A DNA stretch of 64,000 nucleotides, taken from Eledone cirrhosa (Eukaryota). Positions within the stretch are counted from its first letter, which is position 1. Every line of letters begins with the position of its first letter. This document shows, piece by piece, positions 27,380 to 40,592 of the stretch. Both the position numbers and the translations under genes were made by a program. The stretch lies in the NCBI GenBank assembly GCA_964016885.1, contig OZ024756.1, forward strand, positions 30,752,001-30,816,000, given 5' to 3'. Below the pieces are notes generated by a model. It did no database searches and was not told the origin of the DNA. It was given only the letters and a program-made list of their open reading frames with translations.

Positions 27380-28200
27380 CACTTTTGAGGTGTTTAGTTA
27401 TGAGTCTTAATGTTTTATGTATAAACAAGGATTCTGGCAATTAGTTTCTACTTATACAATCAAAGACCATTCACTGTTCATTGTTTACAGGGGGTTTATA
27501 TTTCAATAGATTAAAAAATGGTAACTATATCTAACTTACGTTTACCCTAAACCTTTATGCTCTGAGTATAAAAGGCATCTGGCAATTCCTTTATCCTTAA
27601 ACAATCATACAGAATTCACAGTTCATTGCTCTTAAGGGTTAATGTTTCTAAAAGAAAAAAAGAAATGGTAGCTATATCTAACTTACGTTTTCCCTAAACC
27701 TTTATGCTTTGAGTATAAAAAGAGTCTGGCACTTCCTTTATCCTTATCCAATAAAGTACTATTCATAGTGTATTGTTTCCAAGGGTTAACACTTCTAATA
27801 ACAAAATCGTAGCTATATCTAACTTACGTTTACCCTAAACCTTTATGCTTTGAGTATAAAAAGGGTGTGACACTTCCTTTATCCTTATTCACTCATGCAC
27901 CATTCAGAGTTCATTGTTTTTAAAGGTTAACGCTTCTAATAACAAAAGTGTAGCTATATCTAACTTACATTTACCCTAAACCTTTATAATTTGAGTATGA
28001 AAAGGTTCAGGAAATTACTTTGTCGACGTACGAAACATCTTTGGGGTGTCTAGTTATCAGCCTTAATGTTTTATGTATAAAAAAGTATTCTGGCAATTAT
28101 TTTATCCTTATCCAATAAAACCTCCTTCAAAAGTCATTGTTTTCAAGGGTTAACTTTCTAATAACAAAATGGTAGCTATATCTTAAACTTAGATTTACCT
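27380..28200. repeat. Diverged tandem repeat, about 140-bp unit, about 5 copies
   Basis: gtagctatatctaacttacgtttaccctaaacctttatg near 27521, 27668, 27809, 27950 and (partly) 28172. Confidence 0.85.
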
Positions 28201-28586
28201 GAAATCATTCAAATATACGAATTCTTATTATTTACATATAATAATAAAATTATCGATTAAACATTGTTTTATTGTGGTTGGTGATGTTCCTGCTTGCCGT
28301 CGCTGTTTCTAGTGCTGTTCCGGTGAACTTTGATATTGGTGTTGCTGCAGTTGCTGTTATTGCTCTTTTTGATGTTGTTTCTGCTGCTGTTGTGGTTGTT
28401 GCTACTAAATACGCTTTAAAAAGCATGAGTAGGCCAATAGGTCAACGCATAGCAAAAATACGAGAAGGAGAAGCAGATCGATAAAGTTCATAAATGGAAT
28501 GTTTTACTCATGGTAACATTGCATATATATATTAATATATATATATATATATATATATAATATAAGATCAAAAGATGGTTAAAGGA

Positions 28587-28672
28587 GTTCAATATATTTT
28601 ATTATGCGCATTTCAAAAACAAACATCATCAAACAATAATATTTGTGTTTTCATCAGATAAAACAGGAGAAC
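28587..28672 (-). ncRNA. Type I minimal hammerhead ribozyme (inverted arm copy)
   Basis: Mirror of 33011-33096; tcatcag at 28651-28657. Confidence 0.85.
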
Positions 28673-30277
28673 ATGATATGAAGGCTAAAAAAACACTTGT
28701 TGATAGTGCAGTTTTAAATCAACATATGAAAAGTGGTTTTAGATTGATGTGTGATATTGGGAAAAATATTTTATTTAGAGAGGGGGGGAGAGAAAAGGAT
28801 GAAAAGGGAAGGAGATGAGAGGGAGAGATGGGTGATAGAGAGAAAGAGATAGTTTTTATAACAGAGAGGAGATATATTTTATATAGAGGGGTTGAAAACC
28901 GTTGGAAGATACTGTATAAATTAAAAATTTTGAAAATTAACGAAGGGAGGATATGTGCGAGGAAAAAATATATTATATTTAGGGAGGGGTGGGGGTGGAA
29001 AGGATGAAAAAAAGGGGAGGAGATGAGAGTGAAGGTGGAAAGGGAGAGATGGGTGATAGAGAGAAAGAGATAGTTTTTATAACTGAGAAAAAGATATAAT
29101 GTTTTAATATAGAGAGGTTGGGAACCGTTGGAAGATAATGTATAAATTAAAGGAATTTGAAAATTAACGAAGGGAAATTATGTATGGAGATAGAGAGAAA
29201 AAAAATAACAAAGGGAGATTATGTATGGAGATAGAGAGAAAAAAATAATAATTGTGGGTGAATATTCAAAAGGAGAAATGTAGGAATTTTAAAATTAGCC
29301 AAGAGAAAAAGTTTATGTATAGGATTTGAGAAAAATAATGTGAAGTTAGAGTTTTTATATTGAATTCATATGTATTAATAATGAGTTCGTTGATGGGGAG
29401 AAAAAATAATAATAAATTAAGGATGAAATTGAGATTAAAAAGATTTATGATAGAGAGAAAAAATAATAATGATTGCGGATGAATACTCAAAATGTCAAAA
29501 ACAAATGTTATTGTTTTACGAGGAGATATAATGAGGGTGATGAGTAAACGGGTATTATAGAGTGTATAATGCCCTTTAAAGTAAGGTAGATGGGTATATT
29601 TTAAAGAATATATGAGTATATATTAAAAAAATATATAATAATAAATTAAGGATGAAATTGAGATTAAAAAGATTTATGATAGAGGGAAAAAAAATAATAA
29701 TGATTGCGGATGAATATTCAAAATGTCAAAAACAAATGTTATTGTTTTACGAGAAGATAAGATGAGGTAAATGAGTAAACGAGTACTATAGAGTGTATAA
29801 TGCCCTTTAAAGTAAGGTAGATGGGTATATTTTAAAGAGGTGTATGTATATGTGCCTTTGAGAAAAGATTCTAAATTGATAAAGAATTGAATATTAACTG
29901 TATACTTTGTGAAAAGTTCTATGGAATTTATGCAGGCAGATGGAAAACAAATCCGAGCGTCTATTTATTATGGATTCTAGGTTAGAGATAATGGTAAATT
30001 TTTCATTTAGGCAGAGATTACAGATTTTAGATAGAGAACTGTTCAAGTACGAGGATGCAGAAGAAATCTTTTTCCAAAAGATGTTATATTTAATGTTTTT
30101 GTCTTTTAAGGACCATATGAGTTCTGAGAGAGCAGTGTTAGTTCTTTTAAGTTTGTATTTGAAAGATGAATGATGATTATAGAGACGAGCTTTAAAAGAG
30201 GTGGAAGTGGAGCCAAAATAGGTGAAGGAGTTGGTGCTAGTTATAATTTTACATTCATAAATTAAGTTTTTATCGTC

Positions 30278-31789
30278 CTCACCGCACGTAAAACCATCCT
30301 AGAGTTCAACAACGAATATTGGACCAGAGCCGATACCTCTAACAACTTCGACATCACAATGGGAGCATCCGATTCATCCCAATTGACTGATTTAATTGGT
30401 ATCTTCATTTTGAACTCTTTGAGTCGGAAAATTCCTCAACTTCGCGGTGGAATTTATCGTGACGATGGACTCTTTACTATCCTAAATTGCAATATAGTTA
30501 AACTTAATATTATTAAGAACAATATACGTAATCTCTTTAACCAACATAACCTAAAAATAGAATTTGATAATAGTACCAAACTAGCTAATTTCTTGGATGT
30601 ATCTCTTAATCTTGACACTGGCCTATATTACCCTTACCATAAAAACAATGAGAATCTTAATTATGTTAACTTTAAATCTAACCATCCTACCAATATCAAG
30701 AATGCTATAGTTAATAATATTGGAAATAGAATATCTAACATATCTTCTAATAAAATCATCTTTGATGCTAACGCCAATTACTATAATAACGCACTTTCTA
30801 AAGCCGGCTATCCAGATAAAATCAAATATAATAAAGAAACAAATTCTAGGAAAACTTACAGTAGAATATTTAATCATAACCATTCCAATAATTTTAATAA
30901 AAGACCTAGATACAAAAACATAATCTGGTATAATGCTCCTTTCTCCATCTCTATTAATAACAATATTCCTAAATTATTTTTTAGTGCCTTAAATAAATGC
31001 TTCCCTCCCTCACATATCTATAGTAAAATATTTAACAAACACACCATTAAATTTTCGTATTCTACATCCTCCAATATTTCCAACATCATTTCTAAACACA
31101 ACAACAAAATATTAAATACTAAATCTCTTCCTTCCAATATTGAATCTCATAATAACAATAATAGTACTCCTGACGTCATTGTAAACCCTAGGCTAACTTC
31201 TGTAAACCCAAATGCAACGTCAAACACAACTTCGCTAAATGTTCATAATCCAACTCTAAATCAAGAAACTATTATTCCTATTATTCCTATCGCAAACAAC
31301 TTCTCCAATCCAATTCCTTCTATAGATAACACTAGATCACTCATTAATAATCTCTCTAATTGCAACTGCCGCATTAAAAATAAATGTCCTCTCAACAACC
31401 ATTGCCTCGATAAAAACTTAATTTATGAATGTAAAATTATAACTAGCACCAACTCCTTCACCTATTTTGGCTCCACTTCCACCTCTTTTAAAGCTCGTCT
31501 CTATAATCATCATTCATCTTTCAAATACAAACTTAAAAGAACTAACACTGCTCTCTCAGAACTCATATGGTCCTTAAAAGACAAAAACATTAAATATAAC
31601 ATCTTTTGGAAAAAGATTTCTTCTGCATCCTCGTACTTGAACAGTTCTCTATCTAAAATCTGTAATCTCTGCCTAAATGAAAAATTTACCATTATCTCTA
31701 ACCTAGAATCCATAATAAATAGACGCTCGGATTTGTTTTCCATCTGCCTGCATAAATTCCATAGAACTTTTCACAAAGTATACAGTTAA
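30278..31789 (+). CDS. 5'-truncated PLE reverse transcriptase-GIY-YIG endonuclease ORF (frame open from the inversion junction; first ATG at 30359)
   Basis: LTARKTILEF..W..FDITMGASDSSQ, IYRDDGL, NFLDVSLNL, Y.PYHK, IIWYNAPFS, CNCRIKNKCPLNNHC, LIYEC..TYFGST..FKARLYNH, CNLCLNEK, INRRSDLFSICLH. Confidence 0.92.
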   Translation, partial: LTARKTILEFNNEYWTRADTSNNFDITMGASDSSQLTDLIGIFILNSLSRKIPQLRGGIYRDDGLFTILNCNIVKLNIIKNNIRNLFNQHNLKIEFDNSTKLANFLDVSLNLDTGLYYPYHKNNENLNYVNFKSNHPTNIKNAIVNNIGNRISNISSNKIIFDANANYYNNALSKAGYPDKIKYNKETNSRKTYSRIFNHNHSNNFNKRPRYKNIIWYNAPFSISINNNIPKLFFSALNKCFPPSHIYSKIFNKHTIKFSYSTSSNISNIISKHNNKILNTKSLPSNIESHNNNNSTPDVIVNPRLTSVNPNATSNTTSLNVHNPTLNQETIIPIIPIANNFSNPIPSIDNTRSLINNLSNCNCRIKNKCPLNNHCLDKNLIYECKIITSTNSFTYFGSTSTSFKARLYNHHSSFKYKLKRTNTALSELIWSLKDKNIKYNIFWKKISSASSYLNSSLSKICNLCLNEKFTIISNLESIINRRSDLFSICLHKFHRTFHKVYS

Positions 31790-33010
31790 TATTCAATTCT
31801 TTATCAATTTAGAATCTTTTCTCAAAGGCACATATACATACACCTCTTTAAAATATACCCATCTACCTTACTTTAAAGGGCATTATACACTCTATAGTAC
31901 TCGTTTACTCATTTACCTCATCTTATCTTCTCGTAAAACAATAACATTTGTTTTTGACATTTTGAATATTCATCCGCAATCATTATTATTTTTTTCCCTC
32001 TATCATAAATCTTTTTAATCTCAATTTCATCCTTAATTTATTATTATATATTTTTTTAATATATACTCATATATTCTTTAAAATATACCCATCTACCTTA
32101 CTTTAAAGGGCATTATACACTCTATAATACCCGTTTACTCATCACCCTCATTATATCTCCTCGTAAAACAATAACATTTGTTTTTGACATTTTGAGTATT
32201 CATCCGCAATCATTATTATTTTTTCTCTCTATCATAAATCTTTTTAATCTCAATTTCATCCTTAATTTATTATTATTTTTTCTCCCCATCAACGAACTCA
32301 TTATTAATACATATGAATTCAATATAAAAACTCTAACTTCACATTATTTTTCTCAAATCCTATACATAAACTTTTTCTCTTGGCTAATTTTAAAATTCCT
32401 ACATTTCTCCTTTTGAATATTCACCCACAATTATTATTTTTTTCTCTCTATCTCCATACATAATCTCCCTTCGTTATTTTTTTTTCTCTCTATCTCCATA
32501 CATAATTTCCCTTCGTTAATTTTCAAATTCCTTTAATTTATACATTATCTTCCAACGGTTCCCAACCTCTCTATATTAAAACATTATATCTTTTTCTCAG
32601 TTATAAAAACTATCTCTTTCTCTCTATCACCCATCTCTCCCTTTCCACCTTCACTCTCATCTCCTCCCCTTTTTTTCATCCTTTCCACCCCCACCCCTCC
32701 CTAAATATAATATATTTTTTCCTCGCACATATCCTCCCTTCGTTAATTTTCAAAATTTTTAATTTATACAGTATCTTCCAACGGTTTTCAACCCCTCTAT
32801 ATAAAATATATCTCCTCTCTGTTATAAAAACTATCTCTTTCTCTCTATCACCCATCTCTCCCTCTCATCTCCTTCCCTTTTCATCCTTTTCTCTCCCCCC
32901 CTCTCTAAATAAAATATTTTTCCCAATATCACACATCAATCTAAAACCACTTTTCATATGTTGATTTAAAACTGCACTATCAACAAGTGTTTTTTTAGCC
33001 TTCATATCAT

Positions 33011-33096
33011 GTTCTCCTGTTTTATCTGATGAAAACACAAATATTATTGTTTGATGATGTTTGTTTTTGAAATGCGCATAATAAAATATATTGAAC
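33011..33096 (+). ncRNA. Type I minimal hammerhead ribozyme in the PLE terminal repeat
   Basis: TTTTAT-CTGATGA(33026-33032)-AAAcACAAATATTA..TGATGTTTGTTTTT-GAAA(33069-33072)-TGCGCA-TA-ATAAAA. Predicted cut after 33080. Confidence 0.88.
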
Positions 33097-33209
33097 TCCT
33101 TTAACCATCTTTTGATCTTATATTATGCATACTCCAGTCCCACAAACTGTAGAGTGCTTCTTATCCGATATCTGCATTGCTTTATTGTACTACAATAAAA
33201 CTCACCTCC

Positions 33210-33328
<119 letters not shown>

Positions 33329-33494
33329 TAATATATATATGCAATATTACCATGAGTAAAACATATATAGATGTGAGTGTGTGTGTGTGGTGTGTGTGTG
33401 TAAAAGGTAAACAGAAATAACAACAAAATTTGTACAGTATATAGAAGGTATATATATACATGTATTTTGTCTTTTTATGTATCTATACAAACTT

Positions 33495-33573
<79 letters not shown>

Positions 33574-33903
33574 TGTGTGGTTAGGTTTGTATATGTGTGT
33601 GTCTTTGAGTGCGTATGTGTATATAATTAAACTAAAAAAAAATAATTCAATAAGACGTAAACGCAAATATTTTTTAATATAATATAAATAACACAACATT
33701 ATTTCAACGTTGGTTGCCATGAAATGGATCCTAAGTAATCGAAACTTAAAACGAAAATAGCTTGAATTTTATTTTAGTCTTGCGAGATTTGACAAGGATT
33801 TATATATGAAAATATAAAAGAAACATTTATTTTCTGCCCGAAGCATATCAGAACAAATTCAGATATATGAGCAAGTAATATGCTTACACAAATATATATA
33901 TAC

Positions 33904-34009
<106 letters not shown>

Positions 34010-34221
34010 TGTGTGTGAGAGTGAGAAAAGGAGAAGTATGTGTATATATATATGCATGTATGTGTGGGTGTGTGTATATATATAGTTGCAGCGGTTGTGT
34101 TTATATAAAATAGCCTATGGCAAGTTTCCACGAGAGGAAGACAATTCTGATATTTACAGAGAAAAATGAGGTAAGTTAACAATTGAAATGAATCACGATA
34201 TATTATTGCACACAACCTGCA

Positions 34222-34360
<139 letters not shown>

Positions 34361-35059
34361 GCGTTTATGTATGTGTATGTATAGATATATATATATGTAT
34401 GTATGCAAACGGTCATTCATACATACACTTTTATTTATATCATATATATAAACATGCACTGATAATGATAGACATGTAGGCACATGGAAATATAAATATA
34501 TGCAACATTGTCACTCTCTGATTTCAGATAGTGGCTGTTAAATATATATATATTTGGTAAATGCATAAGCAAATTGGAAATTTGGAAATACCGATAGAAT
34601 ATCAAAGTTTGTTTTGTATTAAGAAATAACATCGTTGTCTCTACCCTTCCCCCTCTTTCTGTATTTTTTATATATTTCTCTGTAGATGCTTGTGTGTGCT
34701 GTAATCTGTTAAAATATCTGCAGTAAATAACCAGACATAGCATTACTGACCATTACTGTAAAAATTCCCCGCAAATAAACATCTTTTAATAAATGTATTT
34801 TTCTACATCATATTCTCTAAATCATACGTGTACCACATTAATTTGACAGTATCGAAGGATGGAAGTAAGCTGTTTTCTTAATTTCTGAGTAAAGAAACTG
34901 TTACGAATTACTGATGTGTTCAGCCTTCACAAAAAAATCACTTAGTGGTTAGAACGTTTTTTCTCGTGTTTGTGAGGGCAATTGAGCATTTCACATTTTC
35001 AGAATTAATAAATAAATTGTGAATATATTCTCTAAATATGAACTGCATCGAAAAGTATG

Positions 35060-35195
35060 TTCACGTGGGACCCCATTTGCTCACCATACAGAGAGAAGGG
35101 GAGGGCGAGAGAGATGGAGGCGATGACAGTGGGAGTTCGGCCCTTCCATGTTCGGACCATATCCTTGTGGTTGTATTCATTATCTATATAGAAAA
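35060..35195 (+). mobile_element. CRE-like element 3' UTR fragment
   Basis: Matches the reverse complement of about 1340-1457. Confidence 0.75.
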
Positions 35196-35501
35196 TCTAA
35201 ACACTGGTATGTACATACCTGTTTAGAGGGTGAGCGGTATGTTGTTGTTGCTATCGTTGTTACAGTGGGTTCTAACGAGACTGTAATCCGGTTTCCCATG
35301 AGACTGTATCTCATAGAAGATTTCCTGGAATCCAGTAAGCTTCAAATACCGCAGGAACACCATATGTTATTATGGTGACCCCTACGACCCCATTAGGTGT
35401 TATGGATTCATACATATATACATGCATATAAAATATAAATAAAGTACCAATTCAGGTGCGATATATTAGCGAATCGTTAAAGAGCGGGACAGGATGGTTA
35501 A

Positions 35502-35719
35502 CCCTTTAGTATTTAAACCGGCCATATCTGACCAGAATTCTCTCACCTCTTTCCGTTCAAACCGCCTGTAACTGGCCACTCATACTGATATTAACGTATT
35601 GTTCTCAAAATAAATAACATTGAAATCTCATAGAATCGATATTATGTAAGATAATTATGTGAGATAAAGCCTTTATCACGAAAATACAATATATAGATAG
35701 TAATGTAAATGATAAAGGG
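35502..35719. mobile_element. piggyBac-like MITE
   Basis: TTAA-CCCTTTA...TAAAGGG-TTAA; TTAA at 35498-35501 and 35720-35723. Confidence 0.8.
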
Positions 35720-35874
35720 TTAATGGCATCTCTTCTGGCTGTGTGTGCTTTCTAAATTCAAATTCTGTTTTCTGTCATCGAAAAGGCGGTGACGCTTCTA
35801 TTAGGTGTTGTGATCAGCTGATGGTAGCAGCAATGGAAAGACTAATGAAAAGTTTATTTACTTCGGACGATGTG

Positions 35875-36005
35875 ATGATCAGCTTCTTCCCTATCCTTTC
35901 CTTTATATCAAAGTGTTTAGGACTTGCGCCATGGGCGATCCCATGTATTGAGTTGGAAGCAACATTATATTCATCACCATGTAGGCTGAAGGTTGTTCTT
36001 TGACC
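35875..36005 (-). mobile_element. Possible degenerate RTE-type RT remnant
   Basis: Frameshifted minus-strand fragments LHGDEYNV / QYMGS / DIKERIGK resemble the RTE pattern L.G..L..V..F.YLGS...DI..RIGKA. Confidence 0.4.
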
Positions 36006-37295
36006 TTCATTTATGAAAAAACATACCAATTAAATATTTTATGAGATACAATCTCATGGGAGAACGGCTTATAATTCAGAAGCATGCGCTGCAATAGCGT
36101 TAGCAACAATATCATGCAACCTCATCTATGCACAGTACTGTATATAACACATTTTTCGATACATTTTATGTTTAGAAAATATATTCACATTTTAAAGAAA
36201 ACATTTTTATTTTCCCTTTATAAATTGAATTTAATTAGAAAGATTGGTGCTAATTATTGCCAGGAATATTCAATCCCGCTCTTTGATTGTTTTTCTTGTT
36301 TTTTTTTGCTTGTTTGCCTTGTTTGTTGTTGCTGCTGATATTGTTGTTGTTTCAGCTTAAAATCACGAGAACGTTAAAGCAGCAAGTTTTGATTTTTAAA
36401 TTTAGCAGAGTTGCGAAAGCCACAAATATGCAGATAGAGGATAGAAATAAAAATACATTATATTTTAGCTTCTTTAAAATCCCTAAGCATGTAATGAAAT
36501 TAAAAAATTTACGATGGTACATTAAATATAATCCATACATTAAATATAATCCATAAATTAAATATAATCCGTAATAAAATCCACCATGATATACGCAAGA
36601 AAGGCGCAGAGCAGTGAGGTGATGAATTGCCTTCAATATCTAAACCGAGCAATAAAAATTTCATAATCAACATTCATTACCTGCTTGTAATTTCTAGATT
36701 GTAAAAGAAAAAAAAAATCCTTGATTGATATTTACCAGTTTCAAAATACAGTATTAAAGGAATCTGTCAAATTTAAAATGCGAATCAGATTTACACCTGG
36801 TTAAATTTACACGAACCACCGAAAAAGCCTTGCTGAACCAACTGGAAATATTTAATTAAATCTGTTTGAATTTGAACCATACCGTCTTAAAATGGGAAAC
36901 ATTGGATTTTGATATCCATGTTAAAATAAGCCTTTAAAATGTTAACATGAACACGAATTCAATGCATTTAATCATGGCCTTGTTGTTAGAATGTTCTTTA
37001 CCTTATTATAAGTTCGTTTGTTTGATTCTTTGTGTTCTAGGCTTGTGTCGAGGCCTTGTGTTCTGGAGCAAAGTACCTTGTTTCTCATTGCTCCATCTGC
37101 CAAAAATTACTACCTGCTTTGCTACACCGAAATCGAGGACTTCGTGTGTTGAGTTTGTGTTATCATTTTACGTCGGCTTTTCACATTTTGGACGAAAGCT
37201 GGAACTTATTTAAGCTTTATAATTTTTAGGCGACACATAATGCAAAAGTACATCCCTGGATCTCCTTCGGCCGAAGAGCCTACCATCAGCCGCCG

Positions 37296-37447
37296 ATGGT
37301 ACATATTTTCAGCTGAGTAAACCGGAGCAGCGTGGAATAATGAGCCTTAATTACACAAGGATACAATGCGTCATCCGGTTTGAGAATCGAACCTACGAAC
37401 GTATAATCCTGAGCCAAACCCATTAAAAATTAGGCCACGTTCCTTCA
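37296..37447 (-). mobile_element. Old CORE-like SINE
   Basis: cagctgagtaaaccggagcagcgtggaa...gagaatcgaacctacg...ggccacgttccttc. Confidence 0.6.
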
Positions 37448-38136
37448 ATGAAACTTTATGTTAATGATAATAGTCAATATAATCCAAGACCTCCTTCCAA
37501 ATATAACAAAAACAAAAACAGACAGCATCAAAACACTCAAACAAAACATCACTAAACAACGAGGATAAATTTGCATATTTACTAATTCTTTATTCTGAAA
37601 TTGGTTTTAATTAATTAATTAGAATCACGTGTACTTTTTTTTTTTTTTTTGTAGCTTTGGTTTTTTTGGTTTTTTTACCCAGATTCGTGATTTTCATAAA
37701 TGTATCGCTTCGTGACGTGTATTTATACTTCAGTCAAAGAATGTGAAACAAAAACATTTTAAAAATAGCAAAAACTATAACAACCAACCAACACCAACAA
37801 TAGCAACAACAAAAACATAATAACCAAAATAACATAACAACAACAGGAAAACCACGCTAATACACTAAATTCGTTTAGCTTCAAGTTAGCCTTCGTCGAA
37901 CTCTAAGAGAGCAGGCCTTTGATCAACGGCTTTCCAGTCGCCATTTTTTTTTTACTTTCAAACAATATATAGTGTTTTTTCTAGAACCCCATACTATCGA
38001 GGACATGTTTCTGTGTTGAAATTAATCGACTTGTCTGATTCGATGGAGATTTCCCTTCTGTTTCTAGCAGGTTGCGTATTTACCGTAGAGACCTCATTTG
38101 TTAGATCATGTAGTTAGGTAGGTTTGCGTTACCATC

Positions 38137-38271
38137 TGTCTCCTTGAGCAAGACACTTTATTTCACGTTGCTTTTTCTACTTCGATTTGCGACCGATAGA
38201 TAGTATTAGCAATTGGAAAGATGAATAGAAACATTGTTCCCTCGGTCCGATTTGACGAAAGTCGATCGACT
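38137..38271 (+). mobile_element. Headless family B SINE
   Basis: tccttgagcaagacactttatttcacgttgc...gacgaaagtcgatcg. Confidence 0.8.
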
Positions 38272-38308
38272 GTCGATAGAGAAATAGAAAGAGGGGGAGA
38301 AGGAGAAT

Positions 38309-38418
<110 letters not shown>

Positions 38419-39255
38419 CGGAGAGATAGAAGAGACAGACTGAAAGAAGCAGAGAGACAGAGAGAAAGAAAATGATACACAGAGAGGGAGAGGTAAACCG
38501 ACAGAGAGGCAGAATTTAGATTTAACTCCAAGTTTCAATAGATAGAAGCTCACTTTCACATTAGCTCATATCTGTAGAATTCTCGTGATTTCCGACCATC
38601 AGTGTTCCAATTGTTTGACCAGCATAACAGTATTCAGAAAATTAACCTAAAAGTGGCTGATTATTCCAAAGACCCTTATCCACTAATTATACACCTTCAC
38701 GTTTGTTAGATAAATAAATATATAAATAAATATGTATCAAAAATAGATAATTGAATAAATGAATAAAAATGAAGATTAAAAGGATTTTAATCTGAATTAC
38801 CTTTCAATTATTTTAATTACAGATTTAAAAAAGAAATTGGAATTAATTAACTAAATTCATTTAATCTTATATAACAGAACCTTAGCAGTTTCACTTTGAG
38901 AAAATTAAAATTATTTAAACTTTATTCATTTCTTTGTATTTATTGTTAATTTGTTCATGCTTTACTTTCACTGAGTGGATCAGATGTCTATTGAGAATAT
39001 AGAATATTAATTTCAGCTGCAAGTTTCGGAAGGTCCCTACTCTGGGTCACTGTTTCTCTGAGACCTAGGTCACGCTTTTCTCTTTAAAATCCAAGGTTTC
39101 CTAAACATACACGGCAATTTAGAATTCAGATCAGTATCAGTGAAGGAAGGACATGTTGTGTCTTCAAGGAAAACACTTCTTTTGCCCGTTGACTCAGATA
39201 GATAGATAAATAGATATCCCACCCGTCACTTCAATCTATCTTATTTCCCATTCTT

Positions 39256-39291
39256 TCTTCTGATGAAGGACTAGTGTCCGAAATGTTAAGA
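39256..39291 (+). ncRNA. Minimal hammerhead-like motif
   Basis: TCTT-CTGATGA-A-GGAC-tagt-GTCC-GAAA-TG-TT-AAGA; probable CpG decay of AACGTT. Confidence 0.68.
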
Positions 39292-39774
39292 CCCTCTTCC
39301 TGCTATTTCAAGTGTTAACCTAATATATTCCTTCCATATACTGTACCGATTGTGCTGTTATTTCTGTTTACCTTCTACATATATATATATATTATATATG
39401 TGTGGGTGTGTGTGTGTTGGTATGCGTGTGTGTATGTGTGTGTGTGGGGGTGAGTGTGTGTGTATGTATCTCTCTCTCTATATATATACATAATATGTAT
39501 ATATATAAAATATACTAATGCGAAAACCATCCTAAACCAAATATTGAATGTGTTTTACTATATTTTTCTAGCAATATGACAACACGATCGTCACAGATTA
39601 TAACAAAAAATGTTTCAATACACGGTTTCATATAAAAAAAAAATCCTTGCAAAACAAAATCATGTGTAAAATCATTAGCAACCTTGATTTTCGTTCTCGT
39701 GCATTGTATGGTTTTTATAATTATTTAAAGTTGTGTTTCCTATTCAACAATGCTTCAAGTAATCTACAACACAC

Positions 39775-39828
<54 letters not shown>

Positions 39829-39905
39829 TGTAGATCCGCATAAGGTGAAACTATTTTTCTCGGTATGGTGAACTAACTGTTGTGTTACTACTTCTTTATA
39901 TATAT

Positions 39906-39972
<67 letters not shown>

Positions 39973-40140
39973 CACACAGACACACACACATATATATATT
40001 GAAAGAAGACTGATTGCGAACACACATATATATATACATGCATATATATATTTACATATATACATGCATGTATATATATATACATATATACATACGTGCA
40101 TAAATATATACATACACAAATACATAACTACATACATACC

Positions 40141-40300
<160 letters not shown>

Positions 40301-40532
40301 ATATTTTAAGACTATATAGAACATTTTATTTTATTCAGAGTTAAGGCTCTTTTGATTTTTCCCTGGATTTCACAAAATTCTGTGGATAAATCTGTCATGA
40401 TTTTTTTTTAATTGAGTTTGAATGATTTTTCCACATCTTACGTTAATTATTTTTCCATTTTGACGTTATAGTCACTTATATATTATGAAATACTGTTGAC
40501 TTCACGCTCACAATAATTTCTATACTTTCATT

Positions 40533-40592
<60 letters not shown>

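Noticed and set aside
29940-31743. Identical 77-aa ORFs at 29940-30173(+) and 31510-31743(-), and the 74-aa pair at 29266/32192
   Set aside because: Antisense or UTR by-products duplicated by the PLE inverted repeat.
30278-33010. Selenocysteine recoding/SECIS reported for some Naiad PLEs
   Set aside because: No in-frame TGA in the visible ORF (it ends in TAA) and no SECIS recognised by eye; the missing 5' part cannot be assessed.
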